This document shows, one piece after another, positions 9,616-17,320 of a DNA stretch of 52,781 nucleotides (its first letter is position 1; every line of letters begins with the position of its first letter). Location: the NCBI GenBank assembly GCA_038257655.1, contig JBBSJC010000001.1, positions 1 through 52,781 on the forward strand, given 5' to 3'. This stretch comes from Polyangiales bacterium (GTDB lineage Bacteria; Myxococcota_A; Polyangia; Polyangiales; DASUME01). A model generated the notes under the pieces. The model was given only the letters and a program-made list of their open reading frames with translations. It had not been told where the DNA came from and did not search any database. A program made the translations under genes and the position numbers.

Positions 9616-9629
9616 CGACAAACTTGTCG
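9616..9629. promoter_or_regulatory. palindrome CGACAA-AC-TTGTCG, a candidate upstream activator site
   Basis: The two 6-bp arms are perfect and lie about 75-90 bp upstream of the sigma-54-like element at 9704..9719. A related CGACAttttCGTCG sits just upstream, around 9594-9607. Confidence 0.25.
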
Positions 9630-9703
9630 CCGCAAGCGAGTCCTTGCGCCGCGATTGACGGCAATTCCAGCGTGCCGCGCGGCGCTGAACCTGGCAGCGC
9701 CTA

Positions 9704-9719
9704 CGGCATGCGCGTTGCT
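9704..9719 (+). promoter_or_regulatory. candidate sigma-54 (-24/-12) promoter facing nirB
   Basis: cGGCATgcgcgTTGCt compares with the consensus TGGCAC-N5-TTGC. The GG (9705-9706) and GC (9717-9718) have the canonical spacing. The site lies about 155 bp upstream of the nirB ATG, and a sigma-54 activator is encoded at the end of the same gene string. Confidence 0.35.
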
Positions 9720-9720
9720 A

Positions 9721-9769
9721 TCTGTCTACTTAGGTCTACTTAGTCCACTCAGGTCTACTCAGGTCTACT
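9721..9769. repeat. five tandem copies of a roughly 10-bp unit YAGGTCTACT
   Basis: The sequence reads TCTGTCTACT TAGGTCTACT TAGTCCACT CAGGTCTACT CAGGTCTACT, with unit lengths 10, 10, 9, 10 and 10. It lies in the divergent nas/nir intergenic region. Confidence 0.9.
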
Positions 9770-9872
9770 CAAGCGGCAGGGGCTGTTGCAGCAACCCTTC
9801 GTCAATCGAAAACGCGGCACTACGCCGCGGGAAAACGCAGCATTACGCTGCCGAAACACGCGAGAAACAGGC

Positions 9873-12428
9873 ATGGGAACAAAGCCTGCTCCACGGAGCT
9901 CTGCCACGACCCAGCGCGTCGTGGTGATCGGCAACGGCCTGGTCGGCCATCGTTTTGTCGAGTCGCTCGTGGCGCTCGATCAAGACCGTAAGATCGCGAT
10001 CACGGTGTTCGGCGAAGAGCCGCGCCTTGCCTACGATCGGGTGCAGCTCAGTGCCTACTTCGAGGGGCGCACGCCCGAAGACCTCGCGGTCGGGCGCAAG
10101 GAAGACTATGCAGCCTGGGGGGTGAGTGCCCACCTTGGCGTGCGCGTCGATCGCATCGATCGTGCAGCCAAGGTCGTGCGTACCAGCGCTTGGCGCGATG
10201 CACCTTACGATGTGCTCGTGCTCGCCACGGGCTCGCGCCCCTTCGTGCCGCCGATCGCAGGCTCCGAGGGCCCTGGTTCTTTTGTATACCGCACGCTCGA
10301 CGATCTGTTTGCGATCGAAGGCGCGGCTCGCGGCGCTCGACGTGCGGCCGTGATCGGAGGCGGCCTGCTCGGACTCGAGGCCGCGCGTGCGCTGCATCAA
10401 CTCGGTCTAAAGACCACCGTGGTCGAGTTCGCCCCGCGCTTGATGCCCATGCAGCTCGATGCACGCGGTGGCCAAACCTTACGCTCCCACATTGAAAAGC
10501 TGGGCCTTACTGTGCTGACCGATGCGAGCACCACCGAGGTACTGCGCGGTCCAAATGGGGCGGTCTCGGGCCTGCGCTTTTCGAACGACGCACGACTCGA
10601 TGTCGACATGGTGGTGTTCTCGGCCGGCATCCGGCCGCGCGATGAGCTTGCGATAGCGTCCGGTTTGGATCGCGGCGCACGGGGCGGCATCGCGATCGAC
10701 GATCAGTGCCGCACCAGCGATCCCGCGGTGTTTGCGATCGGCGAATGCGCCAGCTGGAATACTCAGGTATTCGGCTTGGTCGGCCCCGGTTACGCCTTGG
10801 CCAACGTGGCGGCGCAAACGATCACTGGTCAAACAGTCCGTTTTGAAGGCGCTGATCTGTCGACCAAGCTCAAGCTCCTGGGCGTCGATGTCGCAAGCTT
10901 TGGCGATGCCTTCGCCAAAACCGAAGGCGCCCGTTCGGTCTGTGTGGATAACGAGCACGCCGGCGTCTACAAGCGTCTGGTCATCAGCGCAGACGGTAAG
11001 CGCGTGCTCGGCGGCATGCTCGTGGGCGATGCCAGCGATTACGGCTTTTTGAGCGCCATGGCGCGCGATGCCTCAGCCGTACCCGCTCAGCCCGAAACGC
11101 TGCTCGTGGCCGCGGCGGGCGACGGCGCGTCGGAGCTGCGCGCGAGCCTGTCTGAGACTGCGCTCGTCTGCTCGTGTAACAACGTCTCGAAAGCCGCTGT
11201 CTGTTCGGCGGTGCGCGCAGGCGCCTGCGAGCTTTCCGAGCTCAAGCGCGCGACCAAGGCGGCCACGGGCTGCGGCGGCTGCACACAACTCGTCACTCAA
11301 GTGATGAAGTCCGAGCTGGTGGCGATGGGGCAAAAGGTGTCGCGCGCGCTGTGTGAGCACTTCGAGCACACGCGCCAAGAGCTGTTTCACCTGGTGCGCG
11401 TCGGGCAGATCCGCACCTTTGAGGCACTGCTCGCAGCCCACGGTCAAGGGCTAGGCTGCGAGGTGTGTAAGCCGGTCGCCGCGTCGATTTTCGCGTCGAC
11501 CTGGAACGACCACGTGCTCGCCCCCGAGCAGGCCGGGCTTCAGGACTCAAACGACAGATTCCTCGCGAACATCCAACGCGACGGCACCTATTCGATTGTG
11601 CCGCGCGTGCCCGCCGGCGAGATTACGCCGGATGGCTTGCTCGCGATCGGACGCATCGCCAAACAGTATGGTTTGTACACGAAGATTACGGGCGGCCAGC
11701 GCATCGATCTGTTTGGAGCCCGCGTCGATCAACTGCCGCCAATCTGGACCGAGCTTATCGCGGCCGGCTTCGAGTCCGGGCACGCCTACGGTAAAGCCTT
11801 GCGCACGGTGAAATCCTGCGTCGGCAACAGTTGGTGTCGATATGGTGTTCAGGATTCAGTGTCGATGGCGATCCGTGTCGAGCTGCGTTACCGCGGTTTG
11901 CGCGCCCCACACAAGCTCAAGTCTGCCGTGTCTGGTTGTACGCGTGAGTGCGCTGAAGCGCAGAGCAAAGACTTTGGCGTGATCGCGACCGAGAACGGCT
12001 GGAACCTATACGTGGGCGGCAACGGCGGCATGCGGCCGCGCCACGCCGACCTGCTCGCGCAAGATCTCGATGACGAGATGTTGATCCGGCTTACCGACCG
12101 CTTTTTGATGTTCTACATCCGCACGGCAGATCGCTTGCAGCGCACCGCGACCTGGCTTGACCAGCTCGACGGCGGCGTCGAGTACTTGAAGCGCGTGGTG
12201 ATCGACGACTCGCTCGGCGTCTGTGCGGAGCTCGAGCGCGAGATGGCGGAGCTTGTCGCATCCTACCGCTGCGAGTGGCAGGCCACGCTCGAGAGCCCGG
12301 AGAAACGCGCGCGCTTCAAGCCTTTCGTCAACAGTAAGGTTCCAGACGACAACGTCGTCTTCGTGGAAGAACGTGGCCAAATCCGTCCCGTGCGCAAAGA
12401 AGAGCGCCGGCATCTGAAGGTGGTGTGA
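9873..12428 (+). CDS. nirB: NAD(P)H-dependent assimilatory nitrite reductase, large subunit
   Basis: The N-terminal FAD/NAD fold reads RVVVIGNGLVGHRF...VLATGSRPFVPP...AAVIGGGLLGLEAA. A BFD-like CxxC region and a siroheme/4Fe-4S domain (CVGNSWCRYG ... SGCTRECAEAQ) follow. I chose the ATG at 9873 (MGTKPAP); the ORF start is at 9786. Confidence 0.9.
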   Translation: MGTKPAPRSSATTQRVVVIGNGLVGHRFVESLVALDQDRKIAITVFGEEPRLAYDRVQLSAYFEGRTPEDLAVGRKEDYAAWGVSAHLGVRVDRIDRAAKVVRTSAWRDAPYDVLVLATGSRPFVPPIAGSEGPGSFVYRTLDDLFAIEGAARGARRAAVIGGGLLGLEAARALHQLGLKTTVVEFAPRLMPMQLDARGGQTLRSHIEKLGLTVLTDASTTEVLRGPNGAVSGLRFSNDARLDVDMVVFSAGIRPRDELAIASGLDRGARGGIAIDDQCRTSDPAVFAIGECASWNTQVFGLVGPGYALANVAAQTITGQTVRFEGADLSTKLKLLGVDVASFGDAFAKTEGARSVCVDNEHAGVYKRLVISADGKRVLGGMLVGDASDYGFLSAMARDASAVPAQPETLLVAAAGDGASELRASLSETALVCSCNNVSKAAVCSAVRAGACELSELKRATKAATGCGGCTQLVTQVMKSELVAMGQKVSRALCEHFEHTRQELFHLVRVGQIRTFEALLAAHGQGLGCEVCKPVAASIFASTWNDHVLAPEQAGLQDSNDRFLANIQRDGTYSIVPRVPAGEITPDGLLAIGRIAKQYGLYTKITGGQRIDLFGARVDQLPPIWTELIAAGFESGHAYGKALRTVKSCVGNSWCRYGVQDSVSMAIRVELRYRGLRAPHKLKSAVSGCTRECAEAQSKDFGVIATENGWNLYVGGNGGMRPRHADLLAQDLDDEMLIRLTDRFLMFYIRTADRLQRTATWLDQLDGGVEYLKRVVIDDSLGVCAELEREMAELVASYRCEWQATLESPEKRARFKPFVNSKVPDDNVVFVEERGQIRPVRKEERRHLKVV

Positions 12429-12886
12429 TGCAAACAGACGCAAATGTATCGGCGTTCGAGCAAGCCATGGTGGATGGCTCGTGCGATGCGCCGTCGGACG
12501 CAACCCGCGATGCGACGTGGGTCGACGTATGCGAGCTCGATGAGATCCTGCCGAGCGCGGGCGTAGCCTGTCTGGTTCAAGGCCGTCAGGTCGCGCTGTT
12601 TCGCGTGGGCGCTCAGGTCTTTGGTATCGATAACTACGATCCATTCAGCAAAACGAACGTGATGGCGCGCGGCATCGTCGGTTGCCGCGGCGGCAAGCCC
12701 AAGGTGGCCTCCCCTATGTACAAACAGTCATTTTGCCTGCAAACGGGCGTATGTTTCGACGATCCCGAAGTCGCTCTCGACATCCATCCCGTGCGCGTGC
12801 AAGCAGGTCGCGTGCTCGTGCGAACAGCCGCAATGCACAAGTTACGCGCTCGAAATCCTGAGTTGCTAAGTGAAAGGCGTGCCTGA
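12428..12886 (+). CDS. nirD: nitrite reductase small subunit (Rieske-like fold)
   Basis: The sequence WVDVCELDEILPSAGVACLVQGRQVALFRV...DPFSKTNVMARGIVG...VASPMYKQSFCLQTG is typical of NirD. Its ATG overlaps the nirB TGA (TGATG). Confidence 0.85.
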   Translation: MQTDANVSAFEQAMVDGSCDAPSDATRDATWVDVCELDEILPSAGVACLVQGRQVALFRVGAQVFGIDNYDPFSKTNVMARGIVGCRGGKPKVASPMYKQSFCLQTGVCFDDPEVALDIHPVRVQAGRVLVRTAAMHKLRARNPELLSERRA

Positions 12887-14468
12887 ACGAAGCCGTCTGG
12901 AAGCGTCGCCCGAGCTTGCGTCGGAGCTGACAGAACCTCCCCTACTGCCCGGGTCCATAGACACGCGTCGCGAGGTCCACCTCCTTCACCAGATCAGCAC
13001 CGAGCTTCTCTCCTCGAAACGCCATCTCGGCCCGATGCTCAAGGGCATCCTGACCCACATGGCGGGCTTTGCCGGCATGGAGCGCGGCATGATCACGGTG
13101 ATCGAGCCTTCGCGGGATCTGGCGCGCGTCGACGTGTCCCATGGCTTGTCCGCGGAGCAACAGTCGCGCGGTCAATATCAACTCGGCGAAGGCGTGATCG
13201 GCCGCGTGCTCGACCGCGGCGAGCCCTGCGTGGTTCCGAACATCGGTCGCGATCCGCTGTTTCTCGATCGCACCGAGTCGCGCGCCCATCTCGATCGCTC
13301 GAAGATCGCCTTTCTATGCGTGCCGGTCACCAACGATGGCCAAGTGATCGGTGCCTTGAGCGTCGACCGCATCTACGAACGCGACGTGAGTCTCGAAGAA
13401 GACCTGCGTCTGTTGACGATCATCGCCACCATGATCGGTCAGGCCGTACGCCAGCGTAAGGATCAGATCGAAGATTTGGAGAGTCTCAAACGCGAACAAA
13501 AGCAGCTTGAGGAAAAGCCGCAACACAGCGTGCCCGATCTGATCGGCACCTCGCGGGCGATGCGCACGGCGGTAGAGCTGATCACGCAGGTCGCCAAATC
13601 CGAGGCGACGGTGCTGATCCGCGGTGAAAGCGGCACCGGCAAGGAGCTCGTAGCGAGCGCCGTGCACGCGGACAGTCTCAGACGCGCCGGGCCGTTTGTA
13701 GCCGTCAACTGCGGCTCGATTCCGGAACAGCTGGTCGAAAGCGAGCTCTTCGGGCACGTACGTGGGGCCTTCACCGGCGCGCAAAGCAATCGGGTCGGCC
13801 GCTTCGAGGCCGCGCACGGCGGTACGCTGTTTCTCGACGAAGTGGGGGAGCTTTCGCTGCCAAGCCAGGTGAAGCTTTTGCGTGCGCTGCAGACCCGCGA
13901 GATCGATCGCGTCGGTGACACCCGGCCGAGGCCGGTCGATGTGCGCGTGATCGCAGCCACCCACGTCAACTTGGAAAAGGCGATCCAAGAGGGACGCTTT
14001 CGCGAGGATCTCTTCTATCGCATCAACGTGTTTCCCATCTACGTGCCGGCCCTGCGTGAACGTAAGACCGACATCACCCTGCTCGCGGACCACTTCCTTG
14101 AAAAATACGCGCGCGAGCACGGACGCAGCGTGGTGCGCATCAGTACGCCCGCGATCGATCTGATGATGGCCTATCACTGGCCCGGTAACGTGCGCGAGCT
14201 TGAGAACTGCATCGCACGCGCCGTGCTGCTCAGCTCAGATGGGGTGGTACGCGAGCACCATCTGCCCCCGACCTTGCAGACCGGTGCCTCGTCGGGCACC
14301 ACCCGCCCCGGCACCCTTGAAGAGCAGATGATGGCGTTCGAGCGCGAGATTCTGGTCGAAGCCATGCGCAACGCCAATGGCAACCAATCCCAGGCTGCAC
14401 GCGTGCTAGGCACCACCCCGCGCATCTTTGGTTACCGTCTGCGGCGTCACGGGCTCCATGGGCCCTAG
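12870..14468 (+). CDS. sigma-54-dependent transcriptional activator with an N-terminal GAF domain (NifA-like architecture)
   Basis: A GAF-like N-terminus is followed by an AAA+ core with Walker A GESGTGKE, the GAFTGA loop (VRGAFTGAQ), ELFGH and a C-terminal Fis-type HTH (NQSQAARVLGTTPRIFGYRL). The GTG start overlaps the end of nirD by 17 nt. Confidence 0.85.
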   Translation: MKGVPERSRLEASPELASELTEPPLLPGSIDTRREVHLLHQISTELLSSKRHLGPMLKGILTHMAGFAGMERGMITVIEPSRDLARVDVSHGLSAEQQSRGQYQLGEGVIGRVLDRGEPCVVPNIGRDPLFLDRTESRAHLDRSKIAFLCVPVTNDGQVIGALSVDRIYERDVSLEEDLRLLTIIATMIGQAVRQRKDQIEDLESLKREQKQLEEKPQHSVPDLIGTSRAMRTAVELITQVAKSEATVLIRGESGTGKELVASAVHADSLRRAGPFVAVNCGSIPEQLVESELFGHVRGAFTGAQSNRVGRFEAAHGGTLFLDEVGELSLPSQVKLLRALQTREIDRVGDTRPRPVDVRVIAATHVNLEKAIQEGRFREDLFYRINVFPIYVPALRERKTDITLLADHFLEKYAREHGRSVVRISTPAIDLMMAYHWPGNVRELENCIARAVLLSSDGVVREHHLPPTLQTGASSGTTRPGTLEEQMMAFEREILVEAMRNANGNQSQAARVLGTTPRIFGYRLRRHGLHGP

Positions 14469-14510
14469 AGCGCGGCTAGCCAATCTTACTTTTTTGGGTC
14501 GCGCGAAACC

Positions 14511-15809
14511 TTACGGTGCCTCACCGGGTGTGGACTTTCGCTTCAGCTGCTCGCGTAGCGAGGTGCGCTCCTGGTCGGCTTCAACGAAGCGACGGGCCAG
14601 TGCGCGCACCAAGGTTTCGAGCCAACCGCGGCCTTCAAGCTCCCGCTCCAGCGTGTCGCGTGTGACCACGAGCGCTGTCACCTGAGTGACCGCAACCACC
14701 GTGGCCATGCGAATACCGGTCGAAAGTAGTGCGGTTTCGCCGGTGATTTCGCCAGCGCCGATCCGCCGCACCACGGTCGCGTTCTCGCCGTGGCCCTTGA
14801 CGATGTCGCATTCACCGGCGACGAGAATGTAGGCGGCATCGCCCTGATCGCCCTCGCGCACAATGGCCTCGCCCGCCTGGAAAATGCGCGTTTGAAACCA
14901 GCCACCGCCACGCAAGAAGCCTTCGAGTTCGGCCTGGAAGGCTTCGACGCTGCTGAAGCGATCCTTGGGTTCAAAGGCGAGCGCTTTCATCGCCAGCGCG
15001 CACAAACCGGGCGGTAACGTGCGACCCGTGACGACCTGCTGCGGCGGAGGCACGCGATGCTCGCGCAAGCGTAAGAGATCGTCCGGTGCGCCCGTGGGCT
15101 CAAACGGCGCCCTGCCCGTCAGCAGCTCGTAAACCAGGCCGCCTAGCCCGTAGATGTCGGAGCGTTCGTCGACGTGGGTCAGATTCATGTCGAGTTGCTC
15201 AGGGGCCATGTGACTGAGCGTGCCGCGAGCGGCAAGCTTCTCGAGGCGCGGCCGCAGCCTGCCTTCGCCGTTGCGCTCACAATCGACCGCGATGCCCCAG
15301 TCCATCAGGTACACCTCGCCGTGTGCACCGATCATCACGTTTTCTGGCTTGAGGTCGAGATGCAGCACATCGTGGCTGTGCGCGAAGGCCACCGCATCGC
15401 AAATCTTGAGCAGGACCTGCAGGGCGCGCTCGAGGGTGCGGCCGCCGATGCCCCCCGCCGTCATCTCACGCTTGATCCAAGCAGACAACGTTTCGCCCTC
15501 GACGAATTTCATCAAGAACGAAGCGCTCTCGTTGGCGATGTCGGTGAACACGTCATGCACCGGCACGATGCACGGGTGCTCGAGCTTGGCGGTGCGCCGC
15601 GCTTCACGGACGAACGTGCGCAGCTCCGTTTCGCTGCCGGCGAGCAGCGGGTGCAGCACCTTCATGGCGAGCCTTCGATTCAAGGTGCGGTCGACCACAT
15701 CGTAGATCGTACCCATGCCCCCGCAGCCAATTTCACCGCGATAATCGAAGCGGTCAGGCTCCGCGGCACGTCCCGTGCGCAGCTCGGCTTCCGGTTCGTC
15801 GCTGCTCAT
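14511..15809 (-). CDS. Ser/Thr protein kinase with a C-terminal cyclic-nucleotide-binding domain
   Basis: Hanks-type motifs are present: GCGGMGTIY, AMKVL, HLDLKPENVMI, DWGIA and SHMAPE. The cNMP domain reads FQAGEAIVREGDQGDAAYILVAGECDIV...GAGEITGETALLS. I preferred the ATG at 15809 (MSSDEPE) over the TTG at 15824. Confidence 0.85.
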   Translation of the reverse strand: MSSDEPEAELRTGRAAEPDRFDYRGEIGCGGMGTIYDVVDRTLNRRLAMKVLHPLLAGSETELRTFVREARRTAKLEHPCIVPVHDVFTDIANESASFLMKFVEGETLSAWIKREMTAGGIGGRTLERALQVLLKICDAVAFAHSHDVLHLDLKPENVMIGAHGEVYLMDWGIAVDCERNGEGRLRPRLEKLAARGTLSHMAPEQLDMNLTHVDERSDIYGLGGLVYELLTGRAPFEPTGAPDDLLRLREHRVPPPQQVVTGRTLPPGLCALAMKALAFEPKDRFSSVEAFQAELEGFLRGGGWFQTRIFQAGEAIVREGDQGDAAYILVAGECDIVKGHGENATVVRRIGAGEITGETALLSTGIRMATVVAVTQVTALVVTRDTLERELEGRGWLETLVRALARRFVEADQERTSLREQLKRKSTPGEAP

Positions 15810-15840
15810 TTTATCAGCCCCCAAGGCGCGTGAACGCCGC

Positions 15841-15896
15841 TACACCCAATACACCCAAGATATACCCAAGCTACACCCGCAGTACACCTACACGAC
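15841..15896. repeat. array of 5-6 direct TACACCC-type repeats
   Basis: The sequence reads TACACCCAA TACACCCAAGA TATACCCAAGC TACACCCGCAG TACACC TACACGAC, with spacings of 9, 11, 11, 11 and 6 bp. It begins 32 bp upstream of the kinase start, in a divergent intergenic region. Confidence 0.85.
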
Positions 15897-16141
15897 AACC
15901 TCGCAGCCTTTCGGAGCCCCGCCGTAGCGGGAGGGCCGTTGTTCGGGTCACTGACGAGTCGGGGCCGTTGGCAGCGGCCAACAAACTCACCAGCGCAGCG
16001 CGCTGCTTTTGCAAAAAGTAAGTGGACGTCTGCGCTGATCATGCGGATTTGAACGCCTTTTCGCCCTGCTTTCCGACTGGCACGCCTGCTGCTCTACGGA
16101 GCGCTGGGAGCGGCACACGTCGTCGTTCGGAGGAGGATCTT

Positions 16142-16870
16142 ATGCATGTCAAATCAATCCTGAGGGCCGCGTCAGCCACTGGCGCCCTCATGCTCTCGGT
16201 CTCGTGTGCAGGTTCGATGGATGCCCCACCGGAGCCGCAGGGGAAACAAGCCGAGCTGGTTTCTCAGAAACGCGAGTGGTTGAAGGGCTATTTCGACGAC
16301 TGTCAGGTCTGTTTCACCGCCTTCGAGCAGTGCGAACGCGGTTCGATCTCGGCCGACGAAACCAGCGCCTGCCAGGTTGCCCTCGACGCCTGTGTGCGCG
16401 GCGGCCTGAAAGACGATGGCGACGATGATGCGGTCGACGGCGGTGCAGCCGACGATGATCAGGACGACGACGGTAAGGTCGACGAAGCGGACGCCGGCGT
16501 CGATCTGGGAGATGACGACGATGCCGACGCGGGCGACGCTAACGACGACGATGCCGACGCGGGCGACGCGGACGACGTGGATGTCGACGCTGGTGACGAG
16601 GATGACGACGGTAAGGCTGAGGACCCGAACAAAGGGAAGCTTATCGAAGACGTAGGCGTGTGCCTCGCTGACTTGCGCACCTGCATCGGCGCCGACAATG
16701 CCGATAGGCGAGCCTGCATCGGCGAGCTCAAGAGCTGCGTCAAAGAAGCCGTCTCCGGTGCGTTCCAGGGCGTGTGCCAAACCCAAATCAACGAATGCGT
16801 CAAAGAGCGCGTGCCCGCCTCTGCGCTCGAGCGCGTGCGTGACCTGTGCGAGGAAGCGCTGCTGCCCTGA
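16142..16870 (+). CDS. secreted or lipoprotein-like, Asp-rich acidic protein with Cys-rich flanks
   Basis: The ATG at 16142 is preceded by GGAGGAGGA. The signal-like N-terminus is MHVKSILRAASATGALMLSVSCAGS. The central poly-acidic tract (DDGDDDAVDGGAADDDQDDDGKVDEADAGVDLGDDDDADAGDANDDDADAGDADDVDVDAGDEDDDGK) is flanked by Cys-containing segments, and it includes a 30-bp in-frame tandem duplication at about 16514-16573. Confidence 0.65.
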   Translation: MHVKSILRAASATGALMLSVSCAGSMDAPPEPQGKQAELVSQKREWLKGYFDDCQVCFTAFEQCERGSISADETSACQVALDACVRGGLKDDGDDDAVDGGAADDDQDDDGKVDEADAGVDLGDDDDADAGDANDDDADAGDADDVDVDAGDEDDDGKAEDPNKGKLIEDVGVCLADLRTCIGADNADRRACIGELKSCVKEAVSGAFQGVCQTQINECVKERVPASALERVRDLCEEALLP

Positions 16871-16954
16871 AGCGAGCACCCAGCCGGACGCAACTAGCGA
16901 GCGAGGCCAGATGTCATTTGACATCCTCGGCCTCGCTTGCCTAGTTTGAGCGCC

Positions 16955-17320
16955 ATGCCTTGGACTCGATTCTCTCTCGCACGCAACCTGCGCCTGCTTT
17001 TCTATACGTGCAGCTTGGCGTTGGGCACGGTCAGCACCTGGTACTTCAACCTGCGCTACATGGCCAAGCACGAGGGCGCGTTCTCGGTCAGCTCGTTTAT
17101 CGAAGAGGCCTTCGTCAGCGATGCCTCGGGCTCGCTCTCCGCCGATATCTTGGTGGCCGCCATGGTCGGCATGTTTTGGATGGTCGCAGAAGCGCGCAAG
17201 CTTGGCATGCGCCACGTCTGGCTCTATCTCGTAGTCGCGTCCATGGTCGCCTTTGCGGCCGCGTTCCCGTTGTTTCTGCTCGTGCGTGAGCTGCGCCTGG
17301 CAGAGCTCGAACGTACTTGA
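16955..17320 (+). CDS. small membrane protein, DUF2834-like
   Basis: The protein has 3-4 hydrophobic helices and the tail DILVAAMVGMFWMVAEARKLGMRHVWLYLVVASMVAFAAAFPLFLLVRE. I chose the ATG at 16955 (MPWTRF). Confidence 0.5.
   Translation: MPWTRFSLARNLRLLFYTCSLALGTVSTWYFNLRYMAKHEGAFSVSSFIEEAFVSDASGSLSADILVAAMVGMFWMVAEARKLGMRHVWLYLVVASMVAFAAAFPLFLLVRELRLAELERT

Noticed and set aside
9661-9677. GCAA-N7-GTGCC on the plus strand, a possible sigma-54 promoter facing the nitrate reductase operon.
   Set aside because: The spacing between the -12-like and -24-like elements is 2 bp too long, and the -24 element lacks the terminal A.
13314-14177. A 287-aa minus-strand ORF, plus similar long antisense ORFs at 16172..17215, 6445..7287, 6117..6923, 20522..21316, 20826..21608, 21660..22400, 15174..15833, 29397..30182, 38259..38948, 45644..46237 and 17253..18059.
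   Set aside because: Each overlaps a gene with clear family motifs on the other strand or in another frame. Their translations are Arg/Pro/Ala-rich without domain signatures, as expected for a genome of about two-thirds G+C.
14469-14510. A T-run (CTTACTTTTTTGGG) between the convergent activator and kinase genes, considered as an intrinsic terminator.
   Set aside because: No stable GC-rich stem precedes the T-run on either strand. GGCTAGCC is a palindrome without a loop.
16440-16625. Repetitive GAC/GAT-rich DNA that could be mistaken for a repeat array or CRISPR.
   Set aside because: It is in frame within a coding region and encodes the poly-Asp tract. It has no spacer-repeat organisation.
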